From Zootoca vivipara (lineage: Eukaryota): a stretch of 64,000 nucleotides of DNA. The stretch spans positions 22,010,001-22,074,000 of the forward strand of contig NC_083291.1 in NCBI RefSeq assembly GCF_963506605.1. Reading direction: 5' to 3'. This document shows, one piece after another, positions 13,441 to 27,000 of the stretch. Positions within the stretch are counted from its first letter, which is position 1. Each line of letters opens with the position of its first letter. Under the pieces are notes generated by a model. It saw only the letters and a list, made by a program, of their open reading frames with translations, ran no database searches and had not been told where the DNA came from. Both the position numbers and the translations under genes were made by a program.

Positions 13441-14465
13441 AGTTCCGTAACAGAGCAACCAAACTACAAATGTGAGATTATGCTGCCATCTACAGATCAA
13501 ATTATGAATTATGAAGACTCTAACCTTTCACAAACATTTTACACAGCTATACATTCATCCTACCATGTGATATTAAATTTAAACATTAAGCTAATAATTA
13601 CAATTTTGTTATCTGAAAAAAAACATAAAGCCTTCAAAATCAACCATGTTTCAAATTACTGACACCCCATATTGCAAAGGAATTGGGATTAAATAGACTG
13701 AACATCAGGTAGAAGTGCAACACCGACTATATTTAGAAAATTCATAAATAAAAAATGATAATGGTGATGACAGCACAGCACATAATGGACAAAAATGACA
13801 TCATCATCAAACAGTACATAAAATAGTACATTACTACATATGCCGTATGGCTTCTATGCTTTCTCTAAAGCATTCAGAAAACAGAGCAATCCCACTTTAT
13901 TCATAGCCTGGGCTTATTTAAAATTATTTTCTCTCATATTCTTCTAAAATAAAATTTTGAAGGAGACAAAGAGGCTTTATGAAAAGCCTACCAATAACTC
14001 CTATATTTAGGGAACACCCTTATCATCTGCATATTCCCAGCAGTTATCTGAAAACCTGCCCCTCTCCCAGCAGGTCCAATTTGGCCTGCAAGGCCATTTC
14101 CCCCAAACCACACACACACCAGGTGGCGACACTGGTGATGTCAGCTGATGGACAGGACGACAGGGTTTAATTCTACACTGGCTGCGCAATCCTGTTCCCA
14201 TATTCCTCCCTTAAGATTGTCTTAACAAAAAATCCCAACCACTTTTAGCTTTCCTCATAGAAGGTGCTCGAATCTCTTGATTATGGTTGTTTGTTTCTGG
14301 GATATAGAGTTTTTAAGTAATGGCTCATACTTGCCTCCTCTCAATTCATGATTTCCTATGAATAAACTACATGTACCAGCTGAATCTCTGCCTGCATGTT
14401 AGCCTTTCATAAGAGGACAGGGGGACTATGTGGCTGTATGCAAGGGAGCCTAAAAGGCCATAGAG

Positions 14466-14601
14466 CAGTGTTTCCAAACCTTGGCTCTCCAGCTGTTTTT
14501 GGACTACAACTCTGATCATCCCTAACTAGCAGGATCAGTGATCATGGATGATGGGAATTGTAGTCCAGAAACAGCTGGAGACCCAAGGTTGGGAAACCCT
14601 G
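14466..14601. mobile_element. URR1-like palindromic hAT MITE
   Basis: Palindromic ggactacaact ... gggaattgtagtcc core. Degenerate TSD ccatagag/ccctagac. Confidence 0.8.
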
Positions 14602-14976
14602 CCCTAGACCATGATACCTGCTTTCAAGTGTCTCCAACATCCAGTGCACTGCTAAGATAAGTGTGCTCAGTATTTTAGGCTCTGGAATTTAAATATTAGA
14701 TGCATTAGCATTCAGGTTCAAGTTGTACAACATCAGATAAAGTGAGACACGCGAGTGACATTTTAACATTTGACACCATGAGTGTGGCATGGTGAACTCC
14801 AGCTCTCATCGGCCCCAGACAACATGGCCACTTGTCCGTGATAATGAAAGTTGTAGTCTAGCAACATCTGCCTGACCAAATGTCTCACAGCCCAGTAATA
14901 AACTATTCTAAACCCATATCTAGAATATGCTTTCCCTAGACATAAATATATTTACAGCTGTAATTAGAAAACCAAC

Positions 14977-15070
14977 CTTCATCCACTGTAAACTGACAGC
15001 TCTTATCATTGTAGAAAAGAATTTTCTTCTTATCAGGACGTGTAACAAAGATGATCTGGTCCCCTAAAGC
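14977..15070 (-). CDS. GTF2E2: GTF2E2 coding exon ([31 protein letters not shown])
   Basis: tatatttgag|GCT ... GAA G|gttggt; 94 nt. Confidence 0.95.
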
Positions 15071-15659
15071 CTCAAATATAAACACAGAAACATAAGTGTA
15101 CTTAAGCACTGATAATTCCAGTACTTTTGAGATCCTCAACAACTGAATCTGTTAGAGATATGGGTGGATGCTCAACATTGGAACTCATTTAGAATAAATA
15201 TGAGACAGATCCTTGCATTAATTTTGCCTATGACATAAACAACTACCCAAATTTGCAAGCATTTTGTGAAAGGGCAAAACATCTTGTAACTCACATAACA
15301 ACAATTTTTTGAAAGATACAAATTATTTATCCACACAATGTTCACTTTTATAAACAAGGGAAAGGTGAATAATCCTGAATTCTAATGTGTCTGATTTGTT
15401 GACTTATGGTTGTAGAAGCAAGAGGAAGAACACTCTAAGTCTAGTCACTAATTCAATGAATTATGAGGGGGAGTTAGCCCATCTCTATCATATATATTAA
15501 TACACACAGCCTACATATTTTCTGGAAAGCTGCTGGAAGCCAGCTTTTCACTCTGAATGTCACTGTTCAGAGGTAAAAATCTAGCACCAATGATCACATG
15601 AGCACACATAACAACTGCAGGCAGCTCTCAAAACACCTGTCATTGGGTAAGAGCTGTTT

Positions 15660-15975
15660 GAAGGTATGCTCCCTCCACCCAGAGGGTGGAAACACAAGAA
15701 TGGGCCTTTTCTGCAGTGGCTCCCCGTTTGTGGGATGCTCTCCCCAAGAAGGCTCACTTGGCACCTTTATTGCATATCTTCAGGAGCCAGGTGAAAATAT
15801 TTCTCAATGAACAGGCCTCTGGTGGATCTATGACCTTTTAAATGTGTTGGGGGAGACAGTTATTGGTTTGTTTGTTTTTAATGTATTTTGTGTTCTCATG
15901 TTGTATTTTTATGCTGCGAACCGCCCTGTGATCTTCGGAGAAAGGGTGGTATACAAATTTAATAATAATAATTAA
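15660..15975 (+). mobile_element. L2 LINE 3' fragment
   Basis: ggccttttctgcagtggctccccgtttgtgggatgctctcccc (AFSxxAPxLWxxLP-like) with an AAT tail; similar to 38920-39295. Confidence 0.7.
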
Positions 15976-16842
15976 ATGTCTTAATATTAATGGAATTTTC
16001 AGAAAAAGTGATTTATTAGGTGGTCCTCTATGTGCTGTGTTGTAAGATGTTCAGGGTCTTTAAGATGGCAGATGGTCTAAATCAGTGATCTAAACAAATA
16101 CCAAAATCTTTTGCCGTGATTCAGTTACTTAATGTGGTTTTGTGAATAAAAGAGTGTGTATGCTTTTGGCTTGGCATTAAAAGTACTAACATGGTACTTA
16201 AAAAGGAAGTCCAGAATTCAAAAGCATCCTCAACCACAAGTTGAACTGATGAGGAGCCTAAGGAACTCACTCTCTGTCAGCATTAGTTCCTCATTTGTAA
16301 AACTGTTACGTTTAGGTTGGAATCCTATACAGACTTACCTGGGAGTAAGTCTTATTGAACTCCCCACCCCCCAAATCAATACTGCAAAGGCCCTTTTATA
16401 CTGATTTGCTAGCATGAGTAAGACAATGGCATGATTCAGAGGGTTGACCCCTGATTTTTATTTTTATTTTAAATTCTACCAGAAGCTGTCCACATTGAAT
16501 TGCCAAACTGCTCTTTGAACTCTGCAGTTCAAAAAGAAGGGTGGATGTTTTGCACCAGTTCTTTTAAAAAGAAAAAATGATGCTGTGTACACTACATTCT
16601 TCCATCTTGTCCTTTTAGCAGTGTTTGTAAGAACTCAGGAGAGCTGAAAGAACTTTGAGGGGAGGGGATTGTCGAGGCAGCATCTGAGCATCTCTCAGGA
16701 AAAAATAGATCCTTGTCCAGATGGTGCACACAAGTTGTTCTGAACTGCAGCATATTATTGAAAAGTAAAAGCAATTAACAAGTTTGCTTTTGCTGAAAAA
16801 CAAAAACAAATTCCTAACATGAAACTAGGGAGTGTTGCTTAC

Positions 16843-17025
16843 CTTTATGGCTTTCTGTGCATTAGGCAGTCCTTCTTCAATATCTTCTAGAAGTATTCCT
16901 CCTAGCCCTCGCTGATCATGTTTATCCAAGAGCCGTAGCAGGGCCTTTTTATCTTTCAAATTGTACTTAGGCTTGAAAGCATATTTCCCATCTATAACAT
17001 CTATTTTGGGATTGTTGACAAGGGC
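16843..17025 (-). CDS. GTF2E2: GTF2E2 coding exon ([21 protein letters not shown]...[12 protein letters not shown])
   Basis: ttacag|GCC ... AAG|gtaagc; 183 nt; winged-helix region. Confidence 0.97.
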
Positions 17026-18550
17026 CTGTAACATAAATACATTTTTTCAGCTCACAGAAAATGCCATGTTTTTGCTTTGTGTACATTTTGTTAAAACAGT
17101 AATTCTTAAATTGTGTGCCAGAAAATACTGCCTACCACAAGAAAACTGCATATTGAAGAGCCACAATAAATTAAAGGCCCAAAGTAGGAACTGCATGTTG
17201 CATGCCTGTATTACTCACCTGATCCGCCTCTTTTCACCCAATGATTATGTAAATTGCATGATGTCTTAGCATCATGAGCAACTGGACTATTCAGTCACTG
17301 TCGGTGCAGAGATCAAGCAGAATTATGTGTCTGTCCAGGAGGCTGCCTGGTGTGTCTCTGAATGAGCCATCACTCTGGCCCTGCCTCTTTCCAGGACTTC
17401 TTGGAGGAAAGTTATTCTGCAGTATCTCTGCTTCTCAGCATGGGTGTTGTGCAATATGAATTTGGAGGACTGTGTCTGCTTGTAAACTCTAAAATATACT
17501 GGGAAAACACACACAGGGTGAGGGCTTCAGCATGTACACAGGGCTTCCTCCTCCTCTCACCACTACCCCCATGAAAGTGGCTAGGGGGGGTTGGGAGAAC
17601 CCCCAGAACAGCTCGCAGGGGGGGGGGGAGGTTGTTTCATATGTCAAGCTGAAATGGTTGAGTCAGAAAACTGCATCTTGGCAACTCACTCACAGGTAGG
17701 GATGGCTGAAGTGTTCAAAAGCCTGGGGGTGAAGATGCTCAGTGATTGTCCCAGGAGACATTGACCTCTCTTGCCCGACTGTGGGAGCTCCCCTCCAAGC
17801 ACCAGCTATTTTCCCTGCCCAAAGCAAGGCCCACTCTGGCCAAGTCAAGTTGCTACTGAATGGTGCTGATGGTGACCTGAAGACCCTGGTTCACTCAGAA
17901 TGTCCCTGCTGGAAGAAGAGCATGAAGCTGAACAGCTTACAAACTCTGTTGCAACCAATAGGGCAAGGCAGGTGTTTCTGAGTAGGTGGGTGTGTTATAT
18001 GGCAATAAGCCAGAGTTTTATTTTGCTAGCACATGTCTAGTCATTGATTCCATGAAGGCAGGGGGCTTCAGGGTGCTCTTTTTCTCAAGAACAGATTATA
18101 TTTAGACTTTGCTAAACATTTAATTACTGTTTAAAAGTGATGGCATCTTTCACTCTTTCAGCCAAAGAGAAATATTTTTAGAGTATGTGAAAGTAAAATA
18201 TGTCTGCAATTGCAACATTTCAGAATCCACATTTAAATATATGCAGATCTTTTAAGCTTTTGTTAATATAAAGCACTCAACATTAAAACTATTCCACAAT
18301 TAGACATCAAGTTTTTAGGGGAAATGTAATATTAAACATTACAGAAAATAGAATCACAATAACTTGGACCAGTATTTACCAAATAGTAATTTAACAACTT
18401 GGTAAGTTTGTCTCTTTTGATAGCTCATTAAAGCTCTGTATGACAGCTTCTTACAGCCATACGATCACTGAACAATATGAGTTAACATTTGATAAAAATG
18501 CTTATTTGAACTGGCCTTATCTTAGAAGTCTGAATAGTTGCTTTCCTTAC

Positions 18551-18658
18551 CTCACTCATTAACCATTGTTTCTGCTTCAGTCCAATATCTAGGTGCTGTG
18601 TTTCATCCAAGATTTCTTCCAAAGTTAATGGGTGTGTATCACCACGCTGGTGCCGTGT
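18551..18658 (-). CDS. GTF2E2: GTF2E2 coding exon ([36 protein letters not shown])
   Basis: ttccctag|ACA ... GAG|gtaagg; 108 nt. Not in the ORF track; translated by hand. Confidence 0.96.
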
Positions 18659-20103
18659 CTAGGGAAAGAAATCATAACTGCTTTGAGTTGCTATTAATTT
18701 TTTTAAGTAAAACATTAAGAGTACATAAACTATGTGCTGAAGTTGGGTAGCAATAAAATGCAATTTCTTTTAGTTAAAAAAACTGAGACACTATTCACAG
18801 ATTCAGCTCCAGTAATTTACCTCTCTGTATTTATTCTTATTCTGCATGTGTTACAATCAAATCTATTAATTTTTTAAAATATCAACATATAAATGCTCAG
18901 GATGCTGTGTACCAACAAATAGGCCAGTGTTGAATTACAAATGTGTTACAACAGCATTTCAGCAACACTGCATTTCTATTACAGGAATTCAGCTGCTAGG
19001 TTTTGGATCTTTATTGATAGCCCTTCTAAAATTTGAAATGGTACCTATGCTCATAGGAAGGAAAACAGGTAAACAGGTGGGTGAAATCTCAAGATCCAGG
19101 GCACATTGACCTGCAGCTTGGCTCTTACCCCAACCAGCCTGTACCAAGTAGCTCTCCCGCTTTGCATTGGGATAAGAAGCTCCAATCAATTTAAGTTGTG
19201 ATAGCACCATACTGCACAATGTAGTTAGACCTTCTACCAAATGAGAACAGAACTGCAGAGTCTGACCAGCAGATCCAAATGCAATAAACGTAATCTTACT
19301 CTGTCCACAAAATTACAACTGGTCCAGCAGGTCTAATTAGCCATTGGACTATAGCCTCTCACCCATTTTTATTGTATGAACTAAGGTATATATATTAATT
19401 CAGATAAATAATGTCCTTACTGTAACTACAATGAAAATTAACCTGTACAAAATTATTATTGCAAGCCAGGTGTTAGCCACAATAATACTTTTTATCTCAT
19501 TGCTGCAAACAATGAGATCAGAGTTTATATTTTAATGTCTGTGGTTACATAAAAATATAGTTACTGTGGTTACATAAATATAGTCACAGATATGTCATGT
19601 ACTGCTATGCAAAAGAAGAAAAGACTAAATCCTTACTTCAGTGTCTCACATTTCCTTTATGCCTACTTATTCACCATTAAAACTAGCACTTTTAACCCGA
19701 GGTTTAAATAGTCTGTGAGAAGCCTATAAACAAAATTGCACCTCTCAATTTCTACAGTCATTTCTGCACAGGGAACAAGGTTTCCAGGATACCAACTGTC
19801 AGAGGAAATCAATCAGCTTGTGGTTGTTGTGTGCTGCTAGGTATGGTCATATTTGTGCTTGAATCAGAAGCCTTCAAGGCAGAGCTTAGCTTATACCCTA
19901 CTCCCATTTCCCACTTTTAAGGATTATGCAGGAAACTATAGACCTCAGTTGGCAGGCAGAACAGTATCCTCCCCAAAAGCAGTAGAGTTATGCCTGAAAG
20001 ATATATGTCATTTTTTTGCATCTAGCCATTTTCCTTGTCACATACAATTAATATTGCTGCTGAGATTTATTGTTCTAAATAACCGGAAACAAGATGATTA
20101 TAC

Positions 20104-20195
20104 CTTCATATAATTCACTATTTTTGCAAGGACTCCAAACTTGTAGCCAGATCCACCAGAAAGGGCTTTCAAGTTAAAAGATCCATTGCTGTGAT
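20104..20195 (-). CDS. GTF2E2: GTF2E2 coding exon ([31 protein letters not shown])
   Basis: tttgcag|AT ... AAG|gtataa; 92 nt. Confidence 0.96.
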
Positions 20196-20382
20196 CTGCA
20201 AAGGAAAAACATGTTCTCATTTAGGTTAAATATACCCTTCTGTTACCATAACCACAAAGAAAAAGCTACGAGCAATACCTAGCAGTTTTCATATACATTA
20301 CAGTACAGTATTCTCAGAAACAGCACTTATTACATGTTTGGAGAAACAAAGATTTTCAAAGCACATTTCATTATCATAGGAG

Positions 20383-20546
20383 TGTTGTTGTTTAGTCGTT
20401 TAGTCGTGTCCGACTCTTCGTGACCCCATGGACCATAGCACGCCAGGCACTCCTGTCTTGCACTGCCTCCCGCAGTTTGGTCAAACTCATGTTCGTAGCT
20501 TCGAGAACACTGTCCAACCATCTTGTCCTCTGTCGTCCCCTTCTCC
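20383..20546 (-). mobile_element. BovB (RTE) LINE 3' end, 5'-truncated
   Basis: Reverse complement of the BovB tail (gtccatggggtcacgaagagtcggacacgactaaacgactaaacaacaaca). AGGAGT flanks both sides. Confidence 0.9.
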
Positions 20547-21435
20547 GACAGAGGAGTAATTGATAAAGGAGTAATCTTTATCAATAAACTGTTTGTGACA
20601 TTTTAAAGCAGAGTAACTCTTTACAAATTATGTTACACTGGGAGTTTTGCCAAACTTGGCAGCCTTGGTGTTAACGATATTTACAGATTACAAACAATGA
20701 ACCTCAGGCCTTCCACACAGCATGAATGTGGTTCCCTGCACATGCAGCTCTGCAGAAGACATATTCCACAATGATAAAAAGCATGTAAGGTAAATCAGTA
20801 ACACAGGTAGGGCCAAATGTTTTTTCCCCCCAGACACTTCAGTGGCATGGTGACTGCATGTGAAGGGGACTGCTTCAACCAACTAGTAAATTATTATTAC
20901 CATATTTTATTGATTGCATTCTAAACAACCATCTCTAGGTGAAGCACATGAAAGATAATTAAAAACAGTTAAAGGCACAATAACTGAAACTATACTATCT
21001 GATTGTGTTCATTAGCATTACCTATCTCACATGAGCCTGCCCAGGCAATTCCTCTTGAGTCCTCCTGCCTTCAGAAATGAGGCAGGGGAGCATGAGAAAC
21101 AAGGCCTTTTGAAGCACAACAGCACACTTAAGGAATTGTCTTCCAATGAATATCCTCCACAAGCAATGAAAACCTATTCTGGATAACTTTTGAATACTGA
21201 TGTTTTTATTCTGATACTGCTTTTTAATGTATTTTTCTGCTACTTTTTTACAGTACCTTATGTGATTGGATTCATATATTGTTTATTGCATCTTTTTGGA
21301 GGGGAAATTTATTTCTCCAACCCCTTGGATCAGATGGTGGGAGAGACAGGAGGACGAGAGAGGAAGTCCTGTTGCGCAGGCAGAAATCCTTACACTAACC
21401 AAACAACTTTATTAGGTACAACCATCTGTCTATAA

Positions 21436-21797
21436 GGGACCCAGGTGGCGCTGTGGGTTAATCCGCAGAGTCTAGGGCTTGCTGATCAGAAGGTCGGCGG
21501 TTCGAATCCCTGCAACGGGGTGAGCTCCCGTTGCTCGGTCCCAGCTCCTGCCAACCTAGCAGTTCGAAAGCACATCAAAGTGCAAGTAGATAAATAGGGA
21601 CCGCTCCGGCGGGAAGGTAAACGGCGTTTCCATGTGCTGCTCTGGTTCGCCAGAAGCAGCTTTGTCATGCTGGCCACATGACCCGGAAGCTGTCTGCGGA
21701 CAAACGCCGGCTCCCTCGGCCTATAGAGCGAGATGAGCGCTGCAACCCCAGAGTCGGACACGACTGGACCTGATGGTCAGGGGCCCCTTTACCTTTT
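21436..21797 (+). mobile_element. Sauria SINE (Squam1), full length, young
   Basis: A/B-box head and ACCTTT tail. TSD ATCTGTCTATAAGG (21424-21437 and 21798-21811). Confidence 0.95.
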
Positions 21798-22114
21798 ATC
21801 TGTCTATAAGGCAGCTGAGGGTCCACCGGACCCAGAAAGAGCAGGATATGAGATGACATACAGTAATAAATAAAATCTCCCTAATTGTCCCATGCCTTAC
21901 AGAGAGTAAATAGAAATTAAACTGCCTCCCAATTTCTCTAGCACTAACCAAGCCAAATAAGCATATATTTTAGATCCCACATGCAAGAAAAGGCCACTGA
22001 ATTCTTTAGGCTCTAAAAAGTTGCCAGCTCTCTCAAATCCTCCCCACTAACATTCACTCTAGTACCATAAGCCCATTGGCCCTAGGTTTCCAATAGCAAA
22101 ACCATTTGCTGAAC

Positions 22115-22351
22115 TAGGGTTGCCATATTTCAAAAAGTAAAAATCCGGACACAAAAGTAAAATAAAACAAAAATTTAGTTTTGGAATTATTTTAAAGGAA
22201 ATTTGCAAAAAAAAAACCAACCCTATACTTCCGACATGGGTTGGCATACGTCCAGATTTTCCTGGACACTCAAGAGATTTCTGCCCAAGCGCTGTTACAG
22301 AGGGCCGAATCCCGGCTGTATCCAGGAAATTCTGAACATGTGGCAATCTTA
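22115..22351. mobile_element. hAT (Blackjack-like) MITE
   Basis: TAGGGTTGCCA ... TGGCAATCTTA termini with internal ccggaca/tccag repeats. Confidence 0.65.
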
Positions 22352-23949
22352 TCTGGATTAATGTGTTAGAAAAGACCATTAACTAAAAATAATGTTACCA
22401 CATCTGACCCAGTGGAAAGTCTTTGCAATTATTGTATCAAACAAAGTGGCTGAGTGAACTGGATAAATATATTTTAGATTGATTTAGGGTAAAAATCAGA
22501 CTCCTGGCAATGAATGAAAATTTGAAATTTATCTCAGTTATTATGCAGTATTCACAGGCTGATTTTGTCTACAAACTGTACCCAAGGAATCTCATAATAG
22601 AAAAAGACAATAAAAACAAAACTACACACAAAACCATCAGTAAATTATTAAAATAATGTAAACAGACTATAACAAAGGCAGTAGTTAATTAAATAATGCT
22701 ACAATGAAACAGTCTTCTGTTCTTATGGAAAGGCAATCAGTGATTGGGTCAGGAGTACCTCCATAAGGAGACTGTTCCATAATCCCTTCCCACAGCCAAG
22801 AAGATTCTACTTTCTCATGCCCCCTCACCATAATTCTGATGGTACAGAGTTCTTGAACATATTTGTATAGTTGAAAGCAAATTTAGTAACCCCATTCCCA
22901 AGCCATTAAGCTGTTGTTGTTGTTGTTGCTTTGCTTTATTTCAGATTGACCTAGCTTTGCTCCTTCTTTTAATTTAAAAAATGGTTTTTATTAAAGGATT
23001 TTCATAGTTAACAATGTCTCTGTTTTCAATTCATAGTCCTTTCTTCAGGTCAGTTATATTAAAATGAAATATTGATAGTTTCTCTTCCTTGGTGTACTCC
23101 TACTGAAAAGGTAAGGGAAAATGTACACCCAAAGCTACTTTGCATGATGGTTTTTTTAAATCACTTTTATACAAGCAGTCAAAGTGATAACAAATTCAGT
23201 TTTCTTCCCTAAATGGTAATATGAATCCACTGAAACAGAACATTGGCATTATTTTCAGATATATTTTGTGGGAAACAAAAACATAAATTTCTAATTTTCC
23301 AGAGGTTATTCTGTTTTTGGCTTATTTCTTTTTTGTTGTTAATAATCATCTTTGGTATTTTGCTAGCTGCCTTAAGCTGCTAGAAAAACAGCCTACAATA
23401 TTTTAAAGAAAGACAGAATAACAAATTTGGACACTATTTGAAGAATTCAAAACATATTGTAATTCTCATAACTATCACTTGGTCTTCCCTGTCTACTTCA
23501 GCTATAGAAAGGGGTCAGAAAACAACAAAAGAAAAAGGTAAATATATACAGATGCAATTCACAAACTACTGCTGTAGTTTCAAATATTTCAATGCCTTTT
23601 ACCACAAACGGTTGACAAAGCAGAAAAGACAAAAGGTGTGTCTGTGTGAATGTACATATAATATATGAAAAATTAGACCAGTCAGTAATTTTTCTTCTAT
23701 TAAGATCCTGACTAGTTATGGATGGTTCACACCAGCTTGGTATGTCATTAAAACAGCAAAGAAACCTGAAGGCGTTAACACAATAAGTGCCTTGCTCAGA
23801 TCAAAGCAAAAGCACAAAAGGCCATATTATTTATAAATATATTTAATGGTTAAAGGAGCTTCTGGGGAGAATGGCAAGGCAGGGGAAGAAGATCTAGACT
23901 GATACCCTCTACATTTCAGATTTATGAATGATTTCCTCCTCGAGTAGGG

Positions 23950-24093
23950 GTCTGATGCAAATGAGCATAAAGGAAGTTGTCAGCTGCATTCTGCTTCAGC
24001 CAATAGCAGCAGAGCTCCATTTTAGCTGTACCAGAGGCTGTATTAAACAGCAGATCAGCACTGTTCCAGCATCCTTTCTAAAAAGAGGTAGGT
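23950..24093 (+). promoter_or_regulatory. SMIM18: Candidate SMIM18 promoter and short first exon
   Basis: Octamer ATGCAAAT 23955-23962, E-box CAGCTG 23981-23986, CCAAT 24000-24004, TATTAAA 24041-24047 and donor GAG|GTAGGT after 24087, all on plus, in repeat-free sequence. Confidence 0.4.
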
Positions 24094-27000
24094 TTATACC
24101 TTTTTTAAACTGTTGTACAATTATTATCTGAAGGCAAAACAGATTTTTTTAAATAAATCAAAGCCTGCAAGACCCCCATCTACAATTTTATTTAAAAAAA
24201 TACAAATTGTTTACTTTCTCTTGCATCTAAAGCTGGATTATGTGCTGCTTAAATGCAGAGTCGCTTGTCTTGTGCTAATAGAGAATCTTACCATCTGTGC
24301 ATTCATGAAGAATTGATGACCATCCATCTTACAGAAAGCCCAACACACCCAGATAATATTCTGTGATCAAAATTCCTTTGAGGCGTCGTGTGACCTACTA
24401 ATTAATCTAATTTTGCCTGGTAAAAACTACTGTTAATTAATATTAAATAAGGCTGTGCTAGTAAGATTCTTTTGTCTTCAAATTGAAACTATTGCTAAAC
24501 TGCACAAAAAAATGCTATTAATCAAACCCACTAAGCTGGAATCTTAGACTAGCCTTAACCCTTAGCACTTAGCTATTGTACGTCTTCTGAGATGGATCGC
24601 TGACATATTCAATGGGATTCTGCCAGTTCAAGTGTGAAGTGATTATTGCTTTGGGCTGCAATCCTATAGCCTCTTATTTGGGTACAAGCCCTGCTGAAAC
24701 TAGAGGGACCTCAGAGTAAACATGAGCTGTTAAGTTTTATGTTGCACTGATTTCATTTAATATTACAATTCCATGCATGTCTATTCAGATGTAAGCCCCA
24801 CTGAGTTCAATGGGTCCTACTCTCAGATATGTGGGTATAAGACTGCAGAGAAGATTGTCCTTAAAAGTGATTTGTCGTATGTTTCTTTATGGAACTTCTT
24901 TAAAATGACCTAGAGAACCTACTTTGCAAGTCATGTGCTTTTACTGCTTTCCATATGGCTAAGTAAAAATAAGTCAAACAGAAAGTAGATACAAAAAAAT
25001 CATAAAATATTTAACTGTCATTTGATTGTGTGGGCACACAATGAAGTGCATACATACATATATATATATTCACCTTACTGTAAAACCAAACATTTTGCTT
25101 CAGAATTTTAATCTCAAGGTAGTAAAAGAAAGAACCCTTCCAAAGCATAATTGACAGCATGTAAATGCCCATTCTCAAAACAATCAGTATTGGACTGATA
25201 CATTTACTGATTTACTAAGCACCATCATGTCTTTATAGCACATTCTATCAGGGCTAATCCTCCAGGCACAAGTAATATTTAAAAATAAAAGGCAGTTACT
25301 CCCTTGATAGCAATGTCCGAAGCTCTCTTAAATAGTTGAACTTCACCTAAATATTATTGAAATGTGTTATTTTTTAATATTTGTACAAATTTTTAACAAC
25401 ATAATACCACCAGTAACAATCATTAATCTGATTGCAATCAGGTTTTTTAACCACTGCACTCTGCTTTTTCAAATAAAATGAAACATAGTCTCATACATTA
25501 ATCACCCCCCCCCCCAAAAGTCAGGTTGCTGATATCTAGGCTAAACAGATAATATAGGATTCCTTTCACAGAAAAGCAATCAGTAGGCAACAATACCTTT
25601 ATGACCTACGGACTCATCAGGTTTTTCTAATAATTTAGGCCATGCACTTTGCTCATAATTTTATACTTCCCAAGCTCTGTTGCCTCTATTCACAGCAGTA
25701 AAATGTTGGATCCTATGTAGCTACGTGTCAGTTGTGGCTAAACAGGAACCTTCAAAACATGGCCCAAATCTCTTTCACTGCACTCTACTGCCATCATTGG
25801 GCACAAACACCTGCTGGGGCACTGTGGGCAATTAGGTGTCTTGTTTTCTTTCCTGTATCTTGACAGGATCAAAGTACAATAGAAATCCAAATGCCATTTT
25901 TATTGTGGGTGTTTTGCTTCCTCTTTTCTCCTGCTCTTGATAATTTGGAGCAAATTGTAGGTCCTGCTTCAAAATTAAATTGATCAAATTAAGCTCATTG
26001 CAGTTCTTTCCAGAACATTCAATAAACCCCAACACTTTTAGCTATTCATGTTCATATTTTCAACACACAGCTGGGAAGTCTATGTACCAGTGGAGAGCTG
26101 GAAAGGAAAGCTGTTCTCACTAGTTAAGACTCTTGCCTATGTCTATGTGTAGTGTGTTACCAAAAGGTTTTTTTTGTCTCCACTAAAAATGCCTTTGGAA
26201 GAAATGACAGAAGCTCTCCATAGCCAAGTCCAGCCATCTTTTTGTGACAAGTTTTACCTGCTGCCAGGGTTCGAAATTAGCAGAGTGCCAGGTGCATTTT
26301 GTGCCTAAATATTCTCCATTTGTGAGCACCTCAAAAAGTCTGGGTAACATTTTTTGCGCCTGGCTGACACTCAAGGATTACTGAAATGTATGTGCTTTGA
26401 AGTCTCAAAGTATGTGTAAAGGATAGACAATATGTTAAGGAGTTTAACAATAAAGAGTAGAATGTTTTGAAAACGAAAGTATTATACCAATATTTTTACT
26501 GTAAACACCAATCTAAACATATATTAACAATTTCTGCTAAAAATGTGATCTTAACAATGTGTCACTTGTGTGAATTCCATGTTCATGCTTATCAAAATAA
26601 TAAATAAAAAGTGTTGCCACCCCACCCCCGCAGTGGCAGCTAGATGTTCTGTTTTGGAGCCCATAACCTACGTCCCAGGAGCCATTTGGCTCCTAGCTTT
26701 TCTATCCCAGTTTCTAACACTGCCTGCTGCCCAGTGATGCCATGTGAGGTCTAGCCACCTCTAAAACTGATGAGCCTAGCTGTGGCTCTTACTTCCAAGA
26801 CCATTCTTCCATCATGCACTAACAAGTAGGCTCTTTTCTCTATGTTGATTTTTCTGATGGGGCAATTTCCCCAAATCCCCCCTGCAAGGCAGAAAAATCC
26901 AGCAGATGGATGAGTAGACCAGTGGGTGAACTGTAGTCTACCACTGCCTTCATCGAAGACACAAAGGCAGTATCAATACTCTCCTATTCTACAACAGGAA

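Noticed and set aside
21436-21520. tRNA-like sequences with A/B boxes (also 44251, 54600-54685, 63800)
   Set aside because: SINE heads; they continue into SINE bodies and lack a full cloverleaf.
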